Shown here: piece by piece, positions 9,344-18,487 of the stretch
How positions within the stretch are numbered: position 1 is the first letter of the stretch
How the letters are laid out: each line of letters begins with the position of its first letter
NCBI GenBank assembly: GCA_031554665.1
Contig: JAVBVA010000009.1
Location: forward strand, 2,911-66,910
Source: Bacteroides sp.
Lineage (GTDB): Bacteria > Bacteroidota > Bacteroidia > Bacteroidales > Bacteroidaceae
Length of the DNA: 64,000 bases
Direction of reading: 5' to 3'
Notes under the pieces: model-generated
What the model saw: only the letters and a program-made list of their open reading frames with translations
Database searches by the model: none
What the model was told of the DNA's origin: nothing
Position numbers and translations under genes: made by a program

Positions 9344-11017
9344 ATGAGAAAACTCACTGCTCTTTTTGGCCTCTGCCTGCTTGCAACAGCAGCCGTGGCA
9401 CAATCGAACTACGTTTCCGAAGTATGGGTAGCCGACCAAGGTAACGGCACCTACAAAAACCCGGTACTTTATGCCGACTATTCCGACCCCGACGCTTGCC
9501 GCGTGGGCGACGACTTCTACATGACCTCTTCCAGTTTCAACTCCCTGCCCGGCTTGCAGATCCTTCATTCGAAAGACCTGGTCAACTGGAGCATTATCGG
9601 TGCAGCCGTTCCTTACGCGCTTCCTCCGGTTGAAACACCCGAACGTCCCGAGCACGGCAACCGTGTATGGGCCCCGGCTATCCGTCATCACAACGGCGAG
9701 TTCTATATCTTCTGGGGTGACCCCGATCAAGGCGCCTTCATGGTGAAAGCGCGCGACCCGAAAGGTCCGTGGAGCGAACCGGTACTGGTAAAGCCCGGCA
9801 AAGGTATTATCGACACCTGCCCGCTGTGGGACGAAGACGGCAAAGTATACATGGTACACGCATACGCAGGCAGCCGTGCCGAACTGAAAAGCGTGATCGC
9901 CATCTGCGAACTGAACAAAGAAGCTTCGAAAGCCATCACTCCGTCACGCATCATCTTCGACGGACACGAAGCGCACGAAACTTGCGAAGGTCCGAAGTTT
10001 TACAAGAAAAACGGTTATTACTACATCTTCCACCCGGCAGGTGGTGTAGCCACAGGATGGCAGGTTGTCCTTCGTTCGAAGAACGTATACGGCCCGTATG
10101 AGTGGAAAACAGTATTGGCACAGGGTAAGACCACCGTCAACGGACCTCACCAAGGCGCTTGGGTAGACACCCCGACCGGCGAAGACTGGTTCCTGCACTT
10201 CCAGGATGTAGGCGCTTACGGTCGTCTGGTGCACCTGCAACCCATGAAGTGGGTGAACGATTGGCCTGTTATCGGTGTAGATAAAGACGGCGACGGTTGC
10301 GGCGAACCGGTAATGACTTACAAGAAACCCAATGTGGGCAAGACCTATCCCATCTGCACCCCGCAGGAAAGCGACGAGTTCGATGGCTATACCCTCTCTC
10401 CACAATGGCAATGGCATGCCAACATCAATGAGAAGTGGGCATATTATGCAGGCGACCAAAGCTTTGTACGCCTCTACTCCTACCCCGTAGTGCCCGAATA
10501 CAAGAGCCTTTGGGATGTAGCCAACCTGCTGTTGCAGAAAACTCCGTCGGACAACTTCATCGCTACCATGAAGCTCACCTTCAAGCCGAATCAGAAAATC
10601 AAAGGCGAACGTACCGGACTGGTAGTCATGGGTATGGACTATGCCGGATTGATTCTGGAAAACACCGACAAGGGCCTGGTGCTCTCACAGGTAGAATGCC
10701 TCAAGGCCGATCGTGGCGCTACGGAAACCGCCAATGCATCGACCGCACTGAAAGACGGTACTGTCTATCTGAAGGTGAAGTTCACCGCCAAGGGCGACAA
10801 GATCAAAGCCAGCGAAGGCGGTAGCGACTTGGTTGTAATGTGCGACTTCAGCTACAGCCTCGACGGTAAGAAATACCAATCGTTCGGCAAACCGTTCCAG
10901 GCCCGCGAAGGCAAGTGGATCGGCGCCAAGGTAGGTACGTTCTGTACCCGCCCGGCTATCAAGACCAATGACGGCGGATGGGCCGATGTGGACTGGTTCC
11001 GCATCACCAAGAAATAA
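9344..11017 (+). CDS. GH43 glycoside hydrolase with C-terminal beta-sandwich
   Basis: YSDPD, WAP, IDTCP and EGPK five-bladed propeller motifs. Start moved to ATG 9344 because the track start (TTG 9314) lies inside the -7 element TATTTTTG at 9309-9316 and a signal peptide follows 9344. Confidence 0.9.
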   Translation: MRKLTALFGLCLLATAAVAQSNYVSEVWVADQGNGTYKNPVLYADYSDPDACRVGDDFYMTSSSFNSLPGLQILHSKDLVNWSIIGAAVPYALPPVETPERPEHGNRVWAPAIRHHNGEFYIFWGDPDQGAFMVKARDPKGPWSEPVLVKPGKGIIDTCPLWDEDGKVYMVHAYAGSRAELKSVIAICELNKEASKAITPSRIIFDGHEAHETCEGPKFYKKNGYYYIFHPAGGVATGWQVVLRSKNVYGPYEWKTVLAQGKTTVNGPHQGAWVDTPTGEDWFLHFQDVGAYGRLVHLQPMKWVNDWPVIGVDKDGDGCGEPVMTYKKPNVGKTYPICTPQESDEFDGYTLSPQWQWHANINEKWAYYAGDQSFVRLYSYPVVPEYKSLWDVANLLLQKTPSDNFIATMKLTFKPNQKIKGERTGLVVMGMDYAGLILENTDKGLVLSQVECLKADRGATETANASTALKDGTVYLKVKFTAKGDKIKASEGGSDLVVMCDFSYSLDGKKYQSFGKPFQAREGKWIGAKVGTFCTRPAIKTNDGGWADVDWFRITKK

Positions 11018-11040
11018 GAACGAATCAGAACAAAGAAATC

Positions 11041-11697
11041 ATGAAGAAACTGATCATATTCGACCTCGACGGCACCCTGCTGAATACCATTGCCGACCTG
11101 GCCGCCTGCACCAACTACGCGTTGCAGCAATTGGGATTCCCCGCCCACCCCACCGAGGCATACAACCTGATGGTGGGCAACGGCATCAACAAGCTTTTCG
11201 AACGCGCCCTACCCGAAGGAGCCAAAACCGAAGAGAATGTCAGGCAGGTACGCGCAGTATTCCTCCCCTATTACGACCAGCACAATGCCGACTGCACCAC
11301 ACCCTACACAGGTATCCCCGAACTGCTTCAAACCCTGCAACAAACCGGCATACAACTGGCCGTTGCCTCGAACAAGCATCACGCCGCTACCCAAAAGCTG
11401 ATAGCCGACTACTTCGGTGATATCTGCTTCGTAGCCGTACTGGGCCAGCGCGACGGCATACTGCCCAAGCCCGATCCGACCATCGTGCAGGATATTCTTG
11501 CCATTGCCGGAGTGAAAAAAGAAGAAGTACTCTATGTAGGAGATTCGGGTGTAGATATGCAAACAGCCCTTAATGCAGGCGTCACAGCCTGTGGAGTAAC
11601 CTGGGGCTTCCGCCAACGCGCGGAATTAGAGGCTTTCAATCCTGCCTATATCGTGGATGCACCCCAACAGATAGAGAAGATTTGCCGGGACTATTGA
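11041..11697 (+). CDS. HAD-family hydrolase (phosphoglycolate phosphatase-like)
   Basis: FDLDGTL motif I, SNK, KPDP and VGDSGVD motifs. Real start is ATG 11041. Confidence 0.9.
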   Translation: MKKLIIFDLDGTLLNTIADLAACTNYALQQLGFPAHPTEAYNLMVGNGINKLFERALPEGAKTEENVRQVRAVFLPYYDQHNADCTTPYTGIPELLQTLQQTGIQLAVASNKHHAATQKLIADYFGDICFVAVLGQRDGILPKPDPTIVQDILAIAGVKKEEVLYVGDSGVDMQTALNAGVTACGVTWGFRQRAELEAFNPAYIVDAPQQIEKICRDY

Positions 11698-11750
11698 ACA
11701 GATGCCCTGGGGCTAATCGACATCTCTTTCCTATTGCATTTTTCGTAATG

Positions 11751-12290
11751 TATTCACCATTCGCCATATTTTTCGATTTATCACACTGATTAAGTGTTGA
11801 TTACCCGATGGTGAATACCGTTTTTATTCACCATTCATTCACCATTTTACGTGGTATTCACCATTTCTCTACAGTGATGCTACTTTACAAAGCATGCGAA
11901 CCTAACGGTCGACGAAATCAAATGCTAACCCAAACAATGCTTTCTCTTACGGATAGTAAGTTTCACCCCGATTGAAACAAACTGTTTCATGCCACTGAAA
12001 CAATCTGTTTCGTTCTAAAGAAACACTTTGTTTCTCGGTGTGAAACACTCTGTTTCAAAGGATGAAACACACTGTTTCACTACGGGCAACAACCTGTTTC
12101 AAAAGACTGAACATTTTGTTTCAGCAGTTGTGACAGAGTGTTGGCATATACCCTCAGATAAATAATTGCACTCAAATGGTGAATACCTTGGAAAATGGTG
12201 AATGAATGGTGAATAAAAACGGCATTCGCCATCGGATAACCACCACTTAATCAGAACGATAAGTCGAAAATCATGGTGAATGGCGAATGA
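11751..12290. mobile_element. MITE-like non-coding element with ~115-bp imperfect terminal inverted repeats and an internal 22-24-bp palindromic array
   Basis: Left arm 11751-11866 matches the reverse complement of 12174-12290 (e.g. ccgtttttattcaccattcattcaccatttt / aaaatggtgaatgaatggtgaataaaaacgg). GTTTC recurs at 11960, 11984, 12007, 12030, 12052, 12074, 12096 and 12118. No transposase is present. Confidence 0.65.
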
Positions 12291-12321
12291 AATTCATTTA
12301 TTCGCATAGGAGAGAAGACGA

Positions 12322-13227
12322 TTACATCCCAATCTCATTCAGCCATGCTTCGGCCAATGTGGTCCATTGGTTCGCAGTACCGGGATTATTGCGTAGAGCA
12401 ATGCTATGCCCACCTTCCGGAAAGATATGCAGGGTAGATTTCTTCACATCAGCTTTCTTCAATGCTGTATAGTACAAGATGCTGTTGAGGGGTGAAACAG
12501 CCGTATCGTTCGTGGCATGCACAAGAAATGCCGGGGGAGTCTGCGCCGTCACCTGTTCGTCGCACGAGAACTGATGCAGCAACGCCTCCGTAGGGTTCTT
12601 GCCCAACAGATTGTCACGGCTTCCTTTGTGTGCTATCTCGCGCATGGAGATTACCGGAGAAACAAGTATCGTAAAGTCGGGGCGGAAAGGCAGTGCATCG
12701 AGTGCATCCCCTCCGCGCCCCCAGTCTACGGTCAACGTGGAGAGCGTAGCCGACAGGTGCGCCCCGGCCGAACTACCCATCACCCCCACCTTATTTATAT
12801 CTATTCCATATTCGGCGGCATGCGCCCGGATGTAACGCATGGCCCGTTGTGCATCTTCCAGCGGCGCCTGGTGGCTCACTTTTACGTCCGGTGACTGCGG
12901 CATGCGGTGATTCAGCACAAAAGCCGTCACCCCGAAGGTGTTGAACCACTTCGCCAGTTGCCAGCCACTGATCTGATAAGACAGCCGCGCATATCCCCCT
13001 CCGGGAATGATGAGTACAGCCGCCCCTTTGTTTTCCGCTACCGACGGTTCGAACACATATACACCCGGCGTCCCCACCTGATATACCCGTTCGTTGGCGA
13101 TGCTATCTTTTACGGTTACCCCTTTACTGTTGGGCATACTACCGTTCCATACCGGGACAAATGCTTGCGCCCGTGCCACCATGCAGTACACCGCACAAAA
13201 CATCAAGGAAAAAAGAAGTCGTTTCAT
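12322..13227 (-). CDS. Alpha/beta hydrolase, putative carbohydrate esterase
   Basis: Signal peptide, PGGGY oxyanion motif, GSSAG nucleophile elbow, Asp in NDTAV, His in GGHS. Confidence 0.88.
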   Translation of the reverse strand: MKRLLFSLMFCAVYCMVARAQAFVPVWNGSMPNSKGVTVKDSIANERVYQVGTPGVYVFEPSVAENKGAAVLIIPGGGYARLSYQISGWQLAKWFNTFGVTAFVLNHRMPQSPDVKVSHQAPLEDAQRAMRYIRAHAAEYGIDINKVGVMGSSAGAHLSATLSTLTVDWGRGGDALDALPFRPDFTILVSPVISMREIAHKGSRDNLLGKNPTEALLHQFSCDEQVTAQTPPAFLVHATNDTAVSPLNSILYYTALKKADVKKSTLHIFPEGGHSIALRNNPGTANQWTTLAEAWLNEIGM

Positions 13228-13248
13228 AAAGTAACTAATTATTAATCA

Positions 13249-14904
13249 CTATTGCTTGTTCTTCGCCGTGATGATATCTTTCACCAGATAGTGCAGATAC
13301 ATTTCGAGGTTGGTGTACTTTCCATCAGGATCTATCGTTTTGGCAGCACCGTCCGTAGCCTCATTGGGATTCAGCCCGAAACGCTTTTCCCACGCGTCGG
13401 GGATTCCATCCTTATCCGTATCAACCGGAACTTCGCTTTGCTTCAACGTAGGCCATGCCGACCAGTCGGCTGCTGCACCAGCAGGTTTCAAGTCGTCCTG
13501 ACTGTCGATGATACCCTGTTTGGGATAAGCCGTACTCTTCCAGTCCACTCCGTCGACCGTCCCTTTTCCGTTGTATGTACTCAGGCCGATGAAGGCAGCC
13601 GTTCCGTTCTTGGTTTCGCTGACGATACGCTTGTCTACATCGTCGCGCGAAAGCGAGCAACCTCCGTAAGCCAATACCCGTTCCAGCGCCACAGCAGCCG
13701 TATGGGTAGTCACCGTATTCGTTTCCACAGGCGTACTACGCTTCATGGCAGCTTTATCAGCCTCACTGATCGTGCCATACCCCGAAGCAAACTGGTTGTA
13801 CACACCATTAGCCCAGTTGTCGTTTGTAGCATTGGTACAGTAGGTAGTATTTTTGGCATCGACAATACCTCCGTCGTTCACCATATTTCCGGTGATATAG
13901 AACGTACCCCACATATCGTTGATCACCGGGAAGCTATTATCCGTCTTCTTATCGATCGAGATGATACGTCCCCGTTTGCTGGTACCCGTCGGTGTGGCCG
14001 GTCCCGGCTTGTAATAATTGTTCACGATGTTGATGTGCATGGCTTCGGCCCCGTACGAGCTGTTGCCACACCAGTTATAGATCACATTGTTGCGGTAGTC
14101 CACAATTTCGTTGGTCGGCGTGGAATTCGCTCCCGGCCCGAAGCGCGGGTTACGGCTATCGTGATGTGCCAGCAGGTTGTGATGGAACGACGCCTTCATT
14201 CCACCCCAGATACCACCGTATCCGTGCGGACCTTTGGAGTGTTTGCTCAGGCGGAGGCTTTCCGAGATGACGCACCACTGCAACGTAAAGTTTTCGTTAT
14301 TATAAAAAGATACGCACTCGTCCATACACCAGCTCATGGAACAGTGGTCGATGATGATATTCTTATGGAAGCGTCCGCCCACGGCATCGGCCCCATCGGA
14401 AGTCACCAGTTTGTCGCCCATCCGGAAACGGAGGAAGCGGATGATCACATTGTCGGCACTGACATCCACCGGATAACCGGCCAAGCAGATACCATCGCCC
14501 GGCGCCGTCTGTCCGGCTATGGTCAGGTTGCCATTGGCAATCTTCAGGTCTTTCTTCAACCAGATAGTACCCGATACCTGGAATACCACCGTGCGGGCGG
14601 TTGTCCCCATGCTCTCGATGGCATAGCGGAGTGTGCCTTGTGTATTGGTATCTTCGAGCGAAGTGACGATATATACTTTCCCGCCACGTCCGCCGGTTGT
14701 TTCGCGTCCATGCCCTTCGGCACCGGGGAAAGCAGCAAACTCAACGGCATCCATCTTTTCGGGAACAAAAGGAGGGTCAGGGTCAACAGGGGTTACAGGA
14801 ATTTCGGGTTCTTCCGGAGTATCGGGAGTTACATCATCGCCCGAGCAGGCTGCTAAGGCAAAAGCCAATCCCATCATCCAAAACGCAAGTCTTTTTGTCA
14901 TCAT
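13249..14904 (-). CDS. Pectate lyase PL1 family lipoprotein
   Basis: Lipobox LAAC followed by acidic SGDD; AFPGAEG..TTGGRGG, IIDHCSMSW and HHNLLAHHDSRNPR motifs. Confidence 0.92.
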   Translation of the reverse strand: MMTKRLAFWMMGLAFALAACSGDDVTPDTPEEPEIPVTPVDPDPPFVPEKMDAVEFAAFPGAEGHGRETTGGRGGKVYIVTSLEDTNTQGTLRYAIESMGTTARTVVFQVSGTIWLKKDLKIANGNLTIAGQTAPGDGICLAGYPVDVSADNVIIRFLRFRMGDKLVTSDGADAVGGRFHKNIIIDHCSMSWCMDECVSFYNNENFTLQWCVISESLRLSKHSKGPHGYGGIWGGMKASFHHNLLAHHDSRNPRFGPGANSTPTNEIVDYRNNVIYNWCGNSSYGAEAMHINIVNNYYKPGPATPTGTSKRGRIISIDKKTDNSFPVINDMWGTFYITGNMVNDGGIVDAKNTTYCTNATNDNWANGVYNQFASGYGTISEADKAAMKRSTPVETNTVTTHTAAVALERVLAYGGCSLSRDDVDKRIVSETKNGTAAFIGLSTYNGKGTVDGVDWKSTAYPKQGIIDSQDDLKPAGAAADWSAWPTLKQSEVPVDTDKDGIPDAWEKRFGLNPNEATDGAAKTIDPDGKYTNLEMYLHYLVKDIITAKNKQ

Positions 14905-15125
14905 GATATCAGATCTTAATTATGTATATATAAATATTGGTGCAAAGATAGGGACCTGACTCTTAAACCATGTCGAATATTTGTTTTTACTGATTTTTCC
15001 TCCATATAATTGCCTGAACATGCGTCTCAGACCCTTTAAGTTAAACCTCTTAGTCCATTTCGAATATAAAACAAAAAGTACCACCCGAAAAACAATAATT
15101 GCACATCGAATCTTTAAACTATAAA

Positions 15126-15133
15126 TACTTTTG
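15126..15133 (+). promoter_or_regulatory. -7 promoter element for susC, divergent from the PL1 promoter (caaagata 14943-14950)
   Basis: TACTTTTG lies 67 nt upstream of the susC ATG. Confidence 0.6.
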
Positions 15134-15200
15134 CAACGATAAATTAACATATTTGTCGAGTACACGCATTATAAAACCATTTATTCATTAATTAATAAAC

Positions 15201-18200
15201 ATGCAAAGAATGTCTAACAAACTGAAAAACATGCGCGCCGTGCTGCTAATGATTTTTGCAGCAGTATCGCTAAGCGTATCAGCGCAGACAGTTACTCTAA
15301 CAGGTAACGTGAAAGACACGACTGGGGAATCGGTTATCGGTGCCTCGGTAACGGAGAAAGGGAAGAACAACAACGGTACTATTACCGACTTGGATGGAAA
15401 CTTCACCCTCAGAGTAAGTCCCAATGCAACGGTTGTTATTTCGTACATCGGTATGAAGACACACGAAGTTGCTCTCAAAGGACAAACAAAAATCGACGTA
15501 ACCCTTTTGGATGATGCAAAAACATTGGACGAAGTGGTTGTTATCGGTTACGGTACGGTAAAGAAAAAAGACCTGACCGGATCGGTATCTTCAGTAGGTG
15601 GAGATATGCTTGCCAAAGTTCCGGTAGCAAGTACTGCTCAGGCTTTGACCGGTCGTTTGGCCGGTGTGCAAATCACCACTGCCGACGGTTCTCCCGATGC
15701 TGAAATGATCATCCGCGTGCGTGGTGGTGGTTCGATAACAGGTGACAACTCTCCGCTGTATATCGTGGACGGTTTCCCGGTGAAGAGCATCAACGACATC
15801 GCAGCTGCCGACATCCAGACAATCGACGTATTGAAAGATGCTTCTTCAACAGCTATCTATGGTTCGCAAGGTGCGAATGGTGTAGTAATGATCACCACCA
15901 AGTCAGCCAAGTCGGGTAAAACTCAGGTAAGCTTTAACAGCTACATGCAAAGCAAGAAATTAGCAAGACGTCTCGACGTGCTCGATCCTTACGAATTCGC
16001 ATTGTTCAACTACGAACGTGCAGCTTTAGATGGTGAATCGGCATTGAACTCTTTCGAGAAAAACTACGGTTACTTCTGGGATCTCGACTTGTACAAGTAC
16101 CAGAAAGCGACCGATTGGCAGGACGACATGTTCGGTAGCAGCGTTATCTCACAACAATACAATGTAAGTATCACCGGTGGTAGCGATAAGACTAAGTTCT
16201 CTTTGAGTGCTACCTATAATAAAGATGGTGGTTTGATGGTAAATAACGATTACTCTCGTTTGAACCTGAACTTCAAATTGAACCATCAGATTGCCAAAGG
16301 CTTGACATTGGACTTCATCACCCGCGTTACCGATACAGAAACCAACGGTTCGGGTACATCGGGCGGTACATACAAGATCCGTAGTAGCCAGGCCGTAACA
16401 AGCAGCCCCGTGAAAGGTTTGTCCGATTACACCATTGTAGATCCGTCTACCATGACTGAAGAGGAATACGAAGAGTATCTTCGTGGCCAGTTGACATTGA
16501 CCGAACAGGCACAACAATACTGGAAGAGAAAAAACACCAATGTATTCCATTATACAGCTGCTCTTAACTGGGATATTATCAAAAACCTGACTTACCGTGT
16601 TGAGGGAGGTTACGAATATAATTTTAGCCAGCAAAAGAACTATTGGGGTCCGCGCACTTCTCAATCTTCTAACGAAGGTCAAAACCTTCCGTTGGTAGAC
16701 TGGACCAAAACGAACGCTTGGAACTACCGTATTGCCAACACGCTGACTTATCGTTTCACTTTGGCTAAGAAACATCAATTCGACATGATGGTCGGACAAG
16801 AAGTAAAATCCGGTGGGTCGGAACAAAACTACATGAAGGCCAAATATTTCTCAGAAGACCTGACCCCTGAAAAGATTTTCGCCAACATTGGTCTTAGCTC
16901 GGGTACCAACAATCTCTCTGCAACCAGTAAAGTGAATCCGCATGAAAACATGGCTTCTTTCTTCGGTCGTTTCAACTACCGTTTTGCAGAACGCTACTTG
17001 CTGACATTGACATTCCGTACAGACGGTTCTTCAAAATTTGGGAAAGGAAACAGATGGGGTTACTTCCCTGCTGCTGCTTTGGCATGGCGTATCAATGAAG
17101 AAACTTTCATGGCCGGAACACATGACTGGCTTTCCAACCTGAAGCTTCGTTTCAGCTACGGTGAAGCTGGTAACGACCGTATCTACAACACCATGTATAA
17201 ACTGGACTACTCTATCAACTCGACTACCAAGCCGTATGGTGCCGGTGAAATTGTAAATCCGTACTATGCACCTACCAATACTCAACTTGCCAATCCGTAT
17301 TTGCAATGGGAGTCTATGGTTACCCGTAATATGGGTTTGGACTTTGGTTTCCTCAATGAGAAAATCAGCGGTACATTGGATCTTTACAACAACAAAACAA
17401 AAAAGCTGTTGCTCCAGTCCCCTATTGTAGCTCCGGGATACCAAACCCAACAACGTAACGTAGGACAGACATCTAACAAGGGTATTGAATTAACCCTGAA
17501 TGCTTTCCTGATCGAAAAGAAAAACGTCTCATTGTCTGCGACCTTCAACATGGGTATCAACAAATCTAACGTTGATAGATTGGAAGATGGTGTCTCAGTA
17601 ATGAGCGCTAACTCCGGATGGGCAGGTACCGACCTGAAAGGACAAGACGACTACCGTGTCATGGTAGGCGAGCCGGTAGGTCTTATTTATGGTTTTGTGA
17701 CCGATGGTTATTACACTACAGACGACTTCGTGGGATATGATTCACAAGCCAAGAAGTGGATATTGAAAGACGGCGTTACTCCTAACGGTTATGTAACCAT
17801 GCGTCCGGGTGCCTTGAAACTGAAAGACCTTGATGAAAATGGCAAGATCGACGAGGAAGACCGTCAGATCATCGGCCGCACCGCTCCCAAACACACCGGT
17901 GGCTTCGGCTTCAACGGATTGTTCCACGGCTTTGATGCCAGCATCTATTTCAACTGGGTATATGGTAACAAAATTTACAATGCCGATAAGATTGCTTCTA
18001 CGCAACAATATCGTAGCTCTTACCCCAACTTATTGGAATACATGAACTCATCCAACCGTTACACCTACTTAGATTCTGAAGGACACGTGATAACAGATAT
18101 GGCTGTACTGAAAGAGATGAACGAAGGCGCCAATGCCAAGCAATACTGGTCACCTCATAACTTCGGTAATGCGGTAGTCATTCCTCACAGCTGGGCTGTT

Positions 18201-18464
18201 GAAGACGGTTCGTTCCTGCGTCTGCAAAACATCACAGTGGGTTATACGCTACCAAAGACCATCACCAAGAGATTTGGTTGCAACCAGTTCCGTTTGTATT
18301 GTACGTTGAACAATGTATATGTATGGACCAAATATACCGGATACGATCCGGAAGTTAGCTCGCCAGCACGTTCAAACTCTACCTCAGGTCTAACCCCAGG
18401 TGTTGACTACTCTGCTTATCCGAAGAGTTTCTCTTATACTTTTGGAGTTAATCTTACATTCTAA
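15201..18464 (+). CDS. susC: SusC-like TonB-dependent transporter
   Basis: EVVVIGYG, PLYIVDG, LKDASSTAIYGSQGANGV, GSSKFG..NRWGYFP motifs and C-terminal GVNLTF. Confidence 0.96.
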   Translation: MQRMSNKLKNMRAVLLMIFAAVSLSVSAQTVTLTGNVKDTTGESVIGASVTEKGKNNNGTITDLDGNFTLRVSPNATVVISYIGMKTHEVALKGQTKIDVTLLDDAKTLDEVVVIGYGTVKKKDLTGSVSSVGGDMLAKVPVASTAQALTGRLAGVQITTADGSPDAEMIIRVRGGGSITGDNSPLYIVDGFPVKSINDIAAADIQTIDVLKDASSTAIYGSQGANGVVMITTKSAKSGKTQVSFNSYMQSKKLARRLDVLDPYEFALFNYERAALDGESALNSFEKNYGYFWDLDLYKYQKATDWQDDMFGSSVISQQYNVSITGGSDKTKFSLSATYNKDGGLMVNNDYSRLNLNFKLNHQIAKGLTLDFITRVTDTETNGSGTSGGTYKIRSSQAVTSSPVKGLSDYTIVDPSTMTEEEYEEYLRGQLTLTEQAQQYWKRKNTNVFHYTAALNWDIIKNLTYRVEGGYEYNFSQQKNYWGPRTSQSSNEGQNLPLVDWTKTNAWNYRIANTLTYRFTLAKKHQFDMMVGQEVKSGGSEQNYMKAKYFSEDLTPEKIFANIGLSSGTNNLSATSKVNPHENMASFFGRFNYRFAERYLLTLTFRTDGSSKFGKGNRWGYFPAAALAWRINEETFMAGTHDWLSNLKLRFSYGEAGNDRIYNTMYKLDYSINSTTKPYGAGEIVNPYYAPTNTQLANPYLQWESMVTRNMGLDFGFLNEKISGTLDLYNNKTKKLLLQSPIVAPGYQTQQRNVGQTSNKGIELTLNAFLIEKKNVSLSATFNMGINKSNVDRLEDGVSVMSANSGWAGTDLKGQDDYRVMVGEPVGLIYGFVTDGYYTTDDFVGYDSQAKKWILKDGVTPNGYVTMRPGALKLKDLDENGKIDEEDRQIIGRTAPKHTGGFGFNGLFHGFDASIYFNWVYGNKIYNADKIASTQQYRSSYPNLLEYMNSSNRYTYLDSEGHVITDMAVLKEMNEGANAKQYWSPHNFGNAVVIPHSWAVEDGSFLRLQNITVGYTLPKTITKRFGCNQFRLYCTLNNVYVWTKYTGYDPEVSSPARSNSTSGLTPGVDYSAYPKSFSYTFGVNLTF

Positions 18465-18487
18465 CAATCCATTAAAACGAACTAAAA

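Noticed and set aside
11960-12125. 22-24-bp periodic array as a CRISPR array
   Set aside because: The period is far too short, variable inserts are only 6-7 nt, repeats are degenerate, and no cas genes are present.
13252-14856. 534-aa plus-strand ORF, and similar long antisense ORFs (4142-4789, 42734-43873, 53280-54506, 36229-37122)
   Set aside because: They lie exactly opposite well-supported genes and have no recognisable motifs; shadow frames from codon bias.
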